A stretch of 64,000 bases of DNA from Octopus sinensis (lineage: Eukaryota), in contig NC_042999.1 in the NCBI RefSeq assembly GCF_006345805.1, positions 8,680,001 through 8,744,000 of the forward strand, given 5' to 3'. Below are positions 1 to 11,531 of this stretch, one piece after another (position 1 is the stretch's first letter; each line of letters opens with the position of its first letter). Under the pieces are notes generated by a model that was given only the letters and a program-made list of their open reading frames with translations, was not told the DNA's origin and made no database searches. A program made the position numbers and the translations under genes.

Positions 1-28
1 CATATGTGTGTGTGTGTACGTGTGTATG

Positions 29-77
<49 letters not shown>

Positions 78-96
78 GTATGTGCATACGTGCGTG

Positions 97-152
<56 letters not shown>

Positions 153-270
153 TCTCTATGTTATATGTATATAAATATATGTATGTATATATATATATGT
201 ATACACACACATGCATGTATATGTGTATGGATATATATTTCATACACAGACACACACACACAAAGGTTAG
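1..270. repeat. Compound (TG)n/(TA)n/(CA)n microsatellite
   Basis: Direct reading of dinucleotide runs. Confidence 0.95.
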
Positions 271-1121
271 TCTTGATCTGTTGCTGTCAGACAACTCTCA
301 CTTAAACTCGCCACACTTATAATAACACACAATTTGATAATGTCCACCGACCAGATGCTAAAGACATTTCCAATTGCTCTTAATCGAACGAAATTGTTGT
401 ATCAGATATCATTACAATAATTTTTATTATCACCTCCAATAATCTACTCATATCTACAACGTCAATTAGATTCTTGATGGAATTCTCAAATATTACCATT
501 ATATTAGATTAAATTTGTCAGTTTGCGCGTTTCCATATTTTGCTCGCAGATTCTGTCCACCTCATATTTCTCAGTGTTTCTGCCTGGTGTTTTACGACGT
601 ATGCGTGTGTGTGTATGTGTGTGTGTGTGTTATACTATGTCCCGAAAGATTTTTGTATTTCATTATTTAAATGCGACAGTCATTAACATTCGGAACGGCT
701 ATTATTTTATAACTATTATTTGAATTATACTCTAAATCTTGCAGACTTGGTCCTACTACGAAACATTTCCTCATAATATCTGTAGTTTACTGCCTCTCTC
801 CCTCTCTCTCTCTCTCTCTCACTCTTTACCTCTCTCTCTCTCTCACTCTTTCCCCCCCTCTCTCTCTCTCACTCTTTGCCTCTCTCTCTCACTCTTTTCC
901 CATCTCTCTCTCACTCTTTGCCTCTCTCTCTCTCTAACTACCCCAGTTTGTCTTACGCGTATAAATGTATGCATGTATGTATGGATAACATATGTATCAG
1001 ACTTCTATTATGGTCTCCACTTTCTAAAAAGGTTCTTTTCTCAATTTTAACTCTTTGAGAATGCAACACAGAAAGAAACAAGGAGAGAAAATAAAGAATA
1101 TGTAATGGCTAGCGATCTATC

Positions 1122-1234
1122 ATGGCGAATAATATTGGAACACTAGGTTTTGTTAGTAAATGCTTAAAGGAGAATCTGGATAAACTGGGATTTTCAGAAA
1201 GTGAAACTGAGCGGCTAATTCGTACATTACAAGT
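1122..1234 (+). pseudogene. C-terminal remnant of an RLE-type (R4/Dong-like) non-LTR retrotransposon ORF, cut by the assembly gap
   Basis: IGTLGFVSKCLKENLDKLGFSESETERLIRTLQ resembles the IGALG-x-V..L..LG...LI..LQ C-terminus of restriction-like-endonuclease LINE ORFs (recalled pattern, not searched). Confidence 0.5.
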
Positions 1235-1334
1235 NNNNNNNNNNNNNNNNNNNNNNNNNNNNNNNNNNNNNNNNNNNNNNNNNNNNNNNNNNNNNNNNNN
1301 NNNNNNNNNNNNNNNNNNNNNNNNNNNNNNNNNN
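1235..1334. other. Scaffold gap (100 N)
   Basis: Run of N. Confidence 1.
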
Positions 1335-1675
1335 CCTTTTAATTAAGATTATAAAAATCTGTTTTTATTTGTAACATCGGTAAACACGGTTTCACAGCTT
1401 TTGTCGCAGCCGACATTTCCTCCCTCACCCAAAATGAGAACTATCCTGTGCTGCGATGCCTCGTCTAGATATGAAGCACATCGATAAACCACACGCAGTG
1501 CTTTATCGTTTGAGTTGTAGTAGGGCAGTTTAAAGTTTGTTTCCTTCATAGTTCAAGCCATTCCACTTTGGCTGGAGTTTGTAGCGGTAATGACCACAAG
1601 GGAAGTGAGAAAGATGTAAACATGCAGTGACTTCTCTTTCCTGCCTTCAACTGTAACAACAGTTTCGTTTCCAAA

Positions 1676-2091
1676 GGCGGCGAGCTGGCCGAAAGGTTAG
1701 CGCGCCGGGCGAAATGCTTAGCGCTATTTCGTCTGTCGTTACGTTCTGAGTTCAAATTTCGCCGAGGTCGACTTTGCCTTTCATCCTTTCGGGATCGATA
1801 AATTTAGTACCAGTTACGCACTGGGGTCGATGTGATCGACTTAATGTCTATGCCTGTCCTTGTTTGTCCCCTCTATGTTTAGCCCCTTGTGGCTAATAAA
1901 GGAATAGATCTTTCGTCTGTCGTTACGGTTTTGAGTTCAATTCCGCCGAGGTCGACTTTGCCTTTCCATCCTTTCGGGGTCGATAAATTAAGTACCAGTT
2001 ACGCACTGGGGTCGATGTAATCGACTTAATCCGTTTGTCTGCCCTTGTTTGTCCCCTCGGTGTTTAGCCCCTTGTGGGTAGTAAAGAAATA
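1676..2091 (+). mobile_element. tRNA-derived SINE family A, dimer
   Basis: Head GGCGGCGAGCTGGC with B box GTTCAAATT. Central GGTCGACTTTGCCTTTCATCCTTTCGGGGTCGATAAATTAAGTACCAG resembles the Meta/Sauria-SINE-type domain (inference). Tail GCCCCTTGTGGGTAGTAAAGAAATA. Two units. Confidence 0.9.
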
Positions 2092-2540
2092 TATCGCTAC
2101 AACAGATTCGTTTCCAATTCTTCTAGACCACGCGAGGAGATTTCCTTTCAACACCGACCTTCATCTTTCTATAATCTTCACTTCGTCTCATTCCATAAAC
2201 CTAACTCGAAACACAAAGATCTGAAACCTTTTATTGTTTCTCCTGAGTATCAGGAATTATTTTAGAAGCCATTGCTTGTCATTGGCCAATTTTAAATAAT
2301 ATGTTTTCGAAAAGGATTTAGCTTCATGTTTCTGGATTTGTATAAAACAAAAATTCATTCTTGATTCAGAGAATTGTGGAATTCGGAGAAACTGGTGATG
2401 ATCTAAACCACAAATAAGGAATCCATGAAGAATTTGGTAAGTTAATATTTCTATGAGGAGTGAAGAATGTAAAGTTTCAAATACGTGCTCCTCGTCTGGG
2501 TTGGAAAAATGATATGGAATACAGAGTTGTGACTGCTGTT

Positions 2541-2909
2541 ACTGTTGAGCGAAGCGGTCTTCGTCCCCAGAGTGGGAGAGAAGTCCGAAACGTGGTCCTT
2601 TGCTATTCGTAAGACCCACAGAAGAGAAAGCAGGTCAACCCCCGACATTGAGAGCATCGACGGACGGATGAATGCGCATCCAGGCTCAGCGGTTGCGTAG
2701 GAAGTCGGGGATAAGAAACAGGAAGAAAGAGTGAGAGAAAGTTGGGGCGAAAGAGTACAACAGGGGTCGCCACCATCCTCTGCCGGAGCCTCGTGGAGCT
2801 TTAGGTGTTTTCGCTCAATAAACACACACAACGCCCGGTCTGGGAATCCAAACCGCGATCCTCCGACCGCGAGTCCGCTGCCGTAACCACTGGGCCATTG
2901 CGCCTCCAC
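2541..2909 (-). mobile_element. tRNA-derived SINE family B (OR-like head), alternative 3' half
   Basis: Head GGAGGCGCAATGGCCCAGTGGTTA.GGCAGCGGACTCGCGG shared with 18171 and 59491. 13-bp TSD TGTGACTGCTGTT at 2528-2540 and 2910-2922. Confidence 0.9.
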
Positions 2910-3014
2910 TGTGACTGCTGTTGCAAGTTATGATACAATCAAACTAATACATTGCTTAGCTTCGTTCCTTTAATAATAGCACTTTCTCTATCTTCCCCAT
3001 TTCTATTAAACAAA

Positions 3015-3660
3015 CATATGACTATGCAAAAAAGGGGGTGGGGAACAATGAAATAAAACAAACACAACGAATATGCAATAAAACAGACTCGACTATGCAA
3101 TAAAAGAGGTATGCGAATAAGCAATAAAACAGATGCGGTTATGCAGTTATACGAAGACGAGTGTGCAATAAAACCGACATACTTCTATGCAGCAAAATAG
3201 GTTTAGGAGCACTCGGCCGATTACGACGACGAGGGTCCCAGCTGATACGATCAACGGAAATTAACGTGCTCGTGAAATTAACGTGCAAGCGACTGAGTAA
3301 TCCACAGACACACGTGCCCCTAACGTTGTTCTTAGGGAGATTCAGTGTGACACAGAGTGTGACAAGGCCGGCCCTTTGAAATACAGGTCCTACTCATTTT
3401 TGTCAGCTGAGTGGACTGGAGAAACGTGAAATAAAGTGTCTTGCTCAAGGACACAACGCGTCGCCGGGAATTGAACTCACGACTGTAAGGTCGTGAGCCG
3501 TATGCCCTAACCACTAAGCCACGCGCCTTCACATGCAGCAAAATAGACAGACGACTATAAAATATAAGAAATACACCACAGGGCAATTGAACACGTGACT
3601 ATGCAATAAAACGAGCACATGACTATGCAATAAAGCGAACACAGTTCAATAACTGCATAG
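3015..3660. repeat. Degenerate minisatellite built on GACTATGCAATAAAA, interrupted by a SINE
   Basis: About 8 spaced copies of TATGCAATAAAA-like motifs on both sides of the SINE at 3201-3532. Confidence 0.65.
3201..3532 (-). mobile_element. CORE-type tRNA SINE (family D)
   Basis: tRNA-like head, CORE-like GTGTCCTTGAGCAAGACACTTTATTTCAC, 3' half shared with family B. 14-bp TSD ATGCAGCAAAATAG at 3187-3200 and 3533-3546. Confidence 0.9.
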
Positions 3661-4297
3661 AAATACAATAGTAGCCAAGAGTCGTGTAGAACTTTTCTCT
3701 AAGCTTTCTTCTCTCGCAGTAAAAACGACGCATATTAAACCGCTTCATAATCATACGCATACACAATGGCTTGGTGTGAGTGTGTACGTAGTTGTGTGTG
3801 TGTGTGTGCGTGTGTGCGTGTGTGTCCACGCTGTCATCCGTGTGTGTACACACGATAAATCTACCACCAACTCGTGCAACTGTCTCCATTTTTCCTCCCG
3901 GTGACATTCAATCATTCGAGTTGTGACATTCTCTCTTTTGAGGTTTTCTCTTCTCTTCTGTTTTGAAGAAAAAACATTTTTTTCTCCTCTCTGTTGTTTA
4001 TTATTTCTGCATATTGTTTTCCCGATGTCAAAATGGAAGCAACATATCGTATATCTTGCTTTTAATGGCCGCTACGGCTTGTCATCTTGACACTAATTTA
4101 TCGGCCCGAAGAGATTGCAAATGAAGTTACTGTTAACTCACAGTCTTCATTATCAAAGGTTGAATTTCCAATAAAGGAGAGCAAAGAGGAGAAGTGCCCC
4201 CATCACATAAACCTCGATATCGGGGTTCGCCTACGCTCGTTTCATGGGGGGGCGGTTTAGTGAAGGTAGTTTTACAAAGAATATTTGGTAAGAAGAT

Positions 4298-6180
4298 GGC
4301 GGCGAGCTGGCAGAAACGTTAGTACGCTGGGCGAAATGCTTATCGGTATTTCGTCCGCCACTGCGTTCTGAGTTCAAATTCTGCCGAGGTCGACTTTGCC
4401 TTTCATCCTTTCGTAGTCGATTAAAAAAGTACCAGTTACGCCCTGGGGTCGATATAATCGACCTAATCCCTTTGTCTGTCCTTGTTTGTCCTCTCTGTGT
4501 TTAGCCCCTTGTGGGTAGTACAGAAATAAGAAACGATAGCACGCTGGGCGAAATGCTTATCGGTATTTCGTCCGCCACTGCGTTCTGAGTTCAAATTCTG
4601 CCGAGGTTGACTTTGCCTTTCATCCTTTCAGGGTCGATTAAAAAAGTACCAGTTACGCACTGGGGTCGATATAATCGACCTAATCCCTTTGTCTGTCCTT
4701 GTTTGTCCTCTCTGTGTTTAGCCCCTTGTGGGTAGTACAGAAATAAGAAACGATAGCACGCTGGGCGAAATGCTTATCGGTATTTCGCCCGCCACTGCGT
4801 TCTGAGTTCAAATTCTGCCGAGGTCGACTTTGCCTTTCATCCTTTCAGGGTCGATTAAAAAAGTACCAGTTACGCACTGGGGTCGATATAATCGACCTAA
4901 TCCCTTGTCTGTCCTTGTTTGTCCTCTCTCTTGTTTAGCCCCTTGTGGGTAGTACAGAAATAAAACGATAGCACGCTGGGCGAAATGCTTATCGGTATTT
5001 CGTCCGCCACTGCGTTCTGAGTTCAAATTCTGCCGAGGTCGACTTTGCCTTTCATCCTTTCAGGGTCGATTAAAAAAGTACCAATTACGCACTGGGGTCG
5101 ATATAATCGACCTAATCCCTTTGTCTGTCCTTGTTTGTCCTCTCTGGGTTTAGCCCCTTGTGGTAGTACAGAAATAAGAACGATAGCATGCTGGGCGAAA
5201 TGCTTATCGGTATTTCGTCCGCCACTGCGTTCTGAGTTCAAATTCTGCCGAGGTTCGACTTTGCCTTTCATCCTTTCAGGGTCGATTAAAAAGTACCAGT
5301 TACGCACTGGGTCGATATAATCGACCTAATCCCTTTGTCTGTCCTTGTTGTTCCTCTCTGTGTTTAGCCCCTTGTGGGTAGTACAGAAATAAGAAACGAT
5401 AGCACCCGCGAAATGCGCGGCGTCGAAATGCTTAGCGGTTCGTCCGCCACTGCTTTCTGAGTTCAAATTCTGCCGAGGTCGACTTTGCCTTTCATCCTTT
5501 CAGGGTCGATTAAAAAAAGTACCAGTTACGCACTGGGGTCGATATATCGACTTAATCCCTTTGTCTGTCCTTGTTTGTCCTCTCTGTGTTTAGCCCCTTG
5601 TGAGCAGTACAGAAATAAGAAACGATAGCACGCCGGGCGAAATGCTTAGCGGTATTTCGTCCGCCACTGCGTTCTGAGTTCAAATTCTGCCGAGGTCGAC
5701 TTTGCCTTTCATCCTTTCAGGGTCGATTAAAAAAGTACCAGTTACGCACTGGGGTCGATATAATCGACTTAATCCCTTTGTCTGTCCTTGTTTGTCCTCT
5801 CTGTGTTTAGCCCCTTGTAGGTAGTAAAGAAATATGTATTTCGTCCGCCACTGCGTTCCGAGTTCAAATTCTGCCGAGGTCGACTTTGCCTTTCATCCTT
5901 TCAGGGTCGATTAAAAAAGTACCAGTTACGCACTGGGGTCGATATAATCGACTTAATCCATGTGTCTATCCTTGTTTGTCCTCTCTGTGTTTAGCTCCTT
6001 CTGGGTAGTACAGAAATAGGTATTTCGTCCATCCTTACGTTCTGAGTTCAAATTCCGCCGAGGCTGACTTTGTCTTTCATTCTTTTGGGGTCGATGAAAT
6101 AAGTACCAGTTGATCACTAAGATCGATGTAGTTGACTAACTCCGAAATTAATAGCTTTCTACCAAAATCTGAAACCGATA
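4298..6180 (+). mobile_element. Head-to-tail concatemer of SINE family A (~9 units, ~215-225 bp then ~180 bp)
   Basis: Unit starts (AAACGATAGCAC) near 4531, 4748, 4963, 5178, 5394, 5620, then shorter units. Only the first unit has a full head. Confidence 0.92.
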
Positions 6181-6232
6181 TTTGGCAAAATAGAAACTTC
6201 CATCACTGTTCATGATTATTAGTCCAACACAG

Positions 6233-6430
6233 AAGGCGAGCTGGCAGAAACGTTAACACGCCTGGAGAAATGCTTATCAGTATTTTGTCTGTCGCTATGT
6301 TCTGAGTTTAAATTCCGCCGAGGTCGACTTTGCCTTTCATCGTTTCGGGGTCGATAAATTAAGTACCAGTTACGCAATGGAGTCGATGTAATCGACTTAA
6401 TCCGTCTGTCTGCCCTTGTTTGTCTCTGTC
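6233..6430 (+). mobile_element. SINE family A, single copy
   Basis: Same head and central domain. Confidence 0.85.
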
Positions 6431-6779
6431 ACTGTTGCGTGTGTATGTACGTGTATACAAAACGTGTTTTTATGGCTTAATCGAAGAGGCAAAGGCACCA
6501 CTCACGACCTTGTTTCAATTCCTCTGAGAGTTGAAGGACAAGAGGATAATTGTCCCAGAGTCGGATACTTACAGTAGAGGTAACTTCGCCAAAGCCACCT
6601 TGGGCCAGATAGGGTGTTAGATCAAGCGAGGGATTACAGAATATAAAATGGTATCTCCAAGAAGCTTCCACAGGTTTTCCACTCATAATGTTTGGGTTGA
6701 TTCAAAGATTTGGTAGAAAACACTCGTCAAATATTCCATGTGGGGAATCCATCCGAAACGCAGTAGACGCCAAACAAAC

Positions 6780-7131
6780 TTCTTTACGCACGGCATAGGG
6801 CTATAGAGATCCTAACATCGCCACCAAGATGCAGGACCAGGTACTGCAACAACTTGGGTGTCAAGGACCCACAATTCTACAGTATCCTCCCACAAAGCCT
6901 AAGGGATCTGCATGGGTGGGTGTAGGTGTCTTCAAACCAAAACTGGATCTCCTTCTGTCAAGAGTTCCGGATGAGCCTACCTCGCGACATCAAACGCAGG
7001 TGAGGGCAGCAAAATCAAGCGCCTCATTCACCAAATGTCACACACCGGAAGAAGTTCCATGTAGTCAAAGTGTAGCAAAACTAATAGCAATGCCCCAGCA
7101 TGGCCGAGACTCTCGAGCTGAAACAACTTAA
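6780..7131 (+). pseudogene. Degenerate 3' end of a CR1-group LINE
   Basis: Frameshifted GCQGP/QFYSILPQSLRDLHGVGVGVFKPKLDLLLSRVPDEP aligns with GFRGPQLFNILPKCLRNLHKVDISVFKSRLDLFL*RVPDEP at 54.4-54.6 kb. Ends in the CCAGCATGGCC...GCTGAAAC tail. Confidence 0.8.
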
Positions 7132-7429
7132 TATGCAGTTAATAATATACAGCCACGTTGTGTGTAGAGGCTGTGTAATACTGTAGTATATGGTTCCGAG
7201 TTCGTATCTTGCCGTGGGTTTCGTACTAAAAGCAGTTTGTAGTAAGGGAATTTCTAGCGCAGCAAGTGACCATCAGACACTGGTGAGTTTACAAATGGAT
7301 TACAGCGTTAACACCATCGACCTGTAATCTTCACAACTTGCCAAAACCTGTTCAATACACCTAGGCTCGATTATCTAATTACGAAGCATGTCCAGTTTAT
7401 CTCTCTATCTATTTATCTGTCTATCAACC

Positions 7430-7450
7430 TGTCCATACCTGCAACTGTCA

Positions 7451-7483
<33 letters not shown>

Positions 7484-7535
7484 TCCCTCTCTCTCTCATT
7501 CTTTCTCTATCCACCCATCCATTCATCCGTCTATC

Positions 7536-7608
<73 letters not shown>

Positions 7609-7613
7609 CCTAC

Positions 7614-7663
<50 letters not shown>

Positions 7664-8119
7664 GTCTGTCTGTCTGTCTGTCCGTCTACCTATCAGTTTC
7701 ATTTTCTCATTATCACCTGACCCCCCCTCTTCGTCATCTCACCTTACAACTGTATACATCTGTGTGCGTTGGTATACTCTCAAACTTGTACACATTTGCA
7801 TACACATGTATTGTTGCGCGCGCGCATCTGTGTGTGTGTGTGTGGGGGGGCTACGTATGTATGTATGTGTGTATGTATGTATGTATGTATGTATGTGTGT
7901 ATGTATGTATATGCGACTAGTTGCATATTTATCTATCAATTTCTGAATGTCAGAGAAAGAATTCAAGTCGTGTAACGAAAGCGAGATAGAAATAGAGATA
8001 GAGATAGAGAAAAAGAGAAAGAAAGAGAGAAAGAGAAAAAGAGAGAGAGAGAGAGGAGAAAGAAAGTTGGAAAAAAGAAAGAAAAGAAAGAAAAAGAAAG
8101 AAAGAAAGAAGGAAAGAAA

Positions 8120-8150
<31 letters not shown>

Positions 8151-8174
8151 AGAAAGAAAGTGTGAGAGAGAGAG

Positions 8175-8209
<35 letters not shown>

Positions 8210-8320
8210 AGAGAGAGAGAGAGAAAGAAAGAAAGAATGAGAGGGAAAGAAAGAAAAAAGGAAAGAAAAAATGAGAAAGAAAGAAAAGGAAAAAAGGAAA
8301 GAAAGGAAGAAAGAAAGATA
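7430..8320. repeat. Microsatellite cluster (CT)n, (TCTA)n, (TATG)n, (GAAA)n
   Basis: Direct reading. Confidence 0.95.
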
Positions 8321-8679
8321 GTGAAGGTGGAGGTGACAATAGGAATAGAGTCCTCAGATGGTTGCTGTGACAACATTCGACTGGTTGTCCAGTTTGAAGG
8401 CGGACATGTTTTGACAGCTCCCCCAAGACCCTGTGACGTCACACCAGTTAGTGCCTATCTTCCCAGATTATAATCCAACAAATAATGAAGATTTAATCGA
8501 CATGGGAGATCTATACAAATATTATCCTTGAACAATTATTTGGCAAGTCTTCAAAGACATGTTAGAGCCTAGCCAGCAGACGGTCGCTTCGCCGCCAGTT
8601 TCTTCTGTCTGTTTATCAACTTAAAACGAAACTACTGTCACCTGTCGACCTGTAACTTTGGAAGCTTCCTTGTCCTTTT

Positions 8680-10349
8680 TATTATAGGTACAAAGCCGGA
8701 GGTTTTTTTGGTGAGGGAGAGAACTAGTCGATTACATCGACTCCAGAATTTCACTGGTACTTAATTTATCGATCCCGAAAGGATAGAAAGCAAAGCCGAC
8801 CTCGGCGGAATTTGAACTCAGAACGTAGCAAGGGACGAAATACCTATTTCTTTACAACCCACAAGGGGCTAAACATAGAGGGGACAGACAAACGGATTAA
8901 GTCGATTACATCGACCCCAGTGTGTAACTGGTACTTATTTAATCGACCCCGAAACGATGAAAAGCAAAGCCGACCTCGGCGGAATTTGAACTCAGAACGT
9001 AGCGGCAGACAAAATACCTATTTCTTTACTACCCACAAGGGGCTAAACACAGAGGGGACAAACAAGGACAGAAAAACGGATTAAGTCGATTATATCGACC
9101 CCAGTGCGTAACTGGTACTTATTTAATCGACCCCGAAAGGAGGAAAGGCGAAGTCGACCTCTGCGGAATTTGAACTCGGAACGTAGCGGCAGACGAAATA
9201 CCTATTTCTTTACTACCCACAAGGGGCTAAACCCAGAGAAGACAAACAAGGACATACAAATGGATTAATTTGATTATATCGACCCGGTGCGTAACTGGTA
9301 CTTAATTTATCGACCCCGAAAGGATGAAAGGCAAAGTCGACCTCGGCGGAATTTGAACTCAGAACGTAGCGGCAGACGAAATACCTATTTCTTTACTACC
9401 CACAAGGGGCTAAACACAGAGAAGACAAACAAGGACAGAAAAACGGATTAAGTCGATTATATCGACCCCAGTGCGTAACTGGTACTTATTTAATCGACCC
9501 CGAAAGGAGGAAAGGCGAAGTCGACCTCTGCGGAATTTGAACTCGGAACGTAGCGGCAGACGAAATACCTATTTCTTTACTACCCACAAAGGGCTAAACA
9601 CAGAGAAGACAAACAGGGACATACAAATGGATTAATTTGATTATATCGACCTGGTGCGTAACTGGTACTTATTTAATCGACCCCGAAAGGATGAAAGGCA
9701 AATCGACCTCGGCGGAATTTGAACTCAGAACGTAGCAACAGGCGAAATACCTATTTCTTTACTACCCACAAGGGGCTAAACACAGAGAAGACAAACAAGG
9801 ACATACAAATGGATTAATTTGATTATATCGACCCGGTGCGTAACTGGTACTTATTTAATCGACCCCGAAAGGATGAAAGGCAAAGTCGACCTCGGCGGAA
9901 TTTGAACTCAGAACGTAGCGGCAGACGAAATACCTATTTCTTTACTACCCACAAGGGGCTAAACACAGAGAAGACAAACAAGGACAGACAAACGGATTAA
10001 GTCGATTATATCGACCCCAGTGCGTAACTGGTAGTTATTTAATCGACCCCAAAATGATGAAAGGCAAAGTCGACCTCGGCGAAATTTGAACTCGGAACGT
10101 AGCGGCAGACAAAATACCTATTTCTTTACTACCCACAAGGGGCTAAACACAGAGAGGACAAACAAGGACAGACAAACGGATTAAGTCGATTATATCGACC
10201 TCAGTGTGTAACTGGTGCTTATTTAATCGACCCCGAAAGGATGAAAGGCAAAGTCGACCTCGGCGGAATTTGAACCCAGAACGTAACGGCAGACGAAATA
10301 CCACTAAGCATTTCGCCCGGCCTGCTAACGATTCTGCCACCTCGCCGCC
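8680..10349 (-). mobile_element. Head-to-tail concatemer of SINE family A (~9 units, ~180 bp)
   Basis: Repeated GACGAAATACCTATTTCTTTACTACCCACAAGGGGCTAAAC junctions. Full head at the 10349 end. Confidence 0.92.
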
Positions 10350-10555
10350 TCCATTAGTGATAAATATACAAGAGGAACAACATGTTATTGATTGCATCAA
10401 CCGCAGTGTTAAAAAAGAAACAAAAGGCTATAAATATGTATGAGATAAGCTGTTCAGTGTCTGAAGTTGAGTATCAACTGAATGAATGGTAGTTGGCCAA
10501 TATTGACTATGTTTGGCCTATGTTTGGGCTGCATGTGTTGGATGTATATATATAA

Positions 10556-10951
10556 ACTAGCAGTATCGCCCGGCGTTGCTCGGGTTTGTAAGGGAAATAA
10601 CTATATAAGCATTTTTAAAGATGTAAGTAGTAATAGCCATCTCAATATGGCTAACCACAAAGGGGGGGGATGTTACTGTAGCTTTTTACGTTCTGAGATT
10701 TAATAATAAATTTTTAGAGATTTACTTCCCTTATATGCCAAAAATGCATTAAAAATGGGAAAATTGATGGTAATTTTTTTTTTAATCGTAGATTCATCGT
10801 AGACGCGCGCTAATACCCAGAAGGGCTCGATATGAATCACGACTATAAGGTACCCGGTTTTGGTTAAACTGCACCGCAAAATGTGGGAGTAGTTAGGAAT
10901 CTAAATCGTAGGAGACAGACAGCACACAACCTCACTTTTATATATAAAGAT
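10556..10951 (+). mobile_element. Non-autonomous Helentron-type (DINE-1/HINE-like) element
   Basis: 5' ACTAGCAGTATCGCCCGGCGTTGCTCGGG subterminal hairpin and 3' TTTTATATATAAAGAT end. Near-identical inverted copy at 35135-35524. Confidence 0.75.
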
Positions 10952-11130
10952 GTAGTTCTATATTTAAGAGATGAGGAATTATGTACATTATTTACATTAT
11001 TCACATTTGACAGATATTTGTCCTCATCTTGTTTGTTGTTAACACAACGTTTCGGCTGATATACCCTCCAGCCTTCATCAGGTGTCTTGGGGAAATTTCG
11101 AACCTGGGTTCTCATTCCTAAGGTATTTTT
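10952..11130 (-). mobile_element. Penelope-like pLTR remnant, left arm of an inverted pair
   Basis: Reverse complement of 11532-11670. Carries a hammerhead. Confidence 0.8.
11041..11086 (-). ncRNA. Minimal type I hammerhead ribozyme, canonical core
   Basis: GACAC-CUGAUGA-A-GGCUG(gagggtatat)CAGCC-GAAA-CGU-U/GUGUU. Stem I GACAC:GUGUU, palindromic ACGU stem III, GUU cleavage triplet. Confidence 0.85.
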
Positions 11131-11168
11131 CGATGTTATTGTTATTAATGATGATGATGATGATGACG

Positions 11169-11211
<43 letters not shown>

Positions 11212-11251
11212 TAATAATAATAATAATATGATAATGATAATAATAATAATG

Positions 11252-11283
<32 letters not shown>

Positions 11284-11332
11284 CATAATAATGATAATAA
11301 TAATTTTTTAAAATAATAATATAATGATAAAG

Positions 11333-11365
<33 letters not shown>

Positions 11366-11389
11366 TAATAATGATAATATATAATGATA

Positions 11390-11420
<31 letters not shown>

Positions 11421-11423
11421 ATG

Positions 11424-11457
<34 letters not shown>

Positions 11458-11531
11458 TAACAATAATAACAATAATGATAATGATAATAATAATGATAAT
11501 AATAATAATAATAACAACAACAAGAATATTT
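11131..11531. repeat. (ATA)n/(GAT)n trinucleotide array between inverted pLTR arms
   Basis: Direct reading. Confidence 0.95.

Noticed and set aside
1349-1549. 66-aa minus ORF MKETNFKLPYYNS...
   Set aside because: No recognisable motif or splice structure. Cannot be supported as coding.
4195-4260. GC-rich hairpin GCCCCAT...ATGGGGGGC with inner AACCTCGATATCGGGGTT
   Set aside because: Single occurrence with no partner end or functional context.
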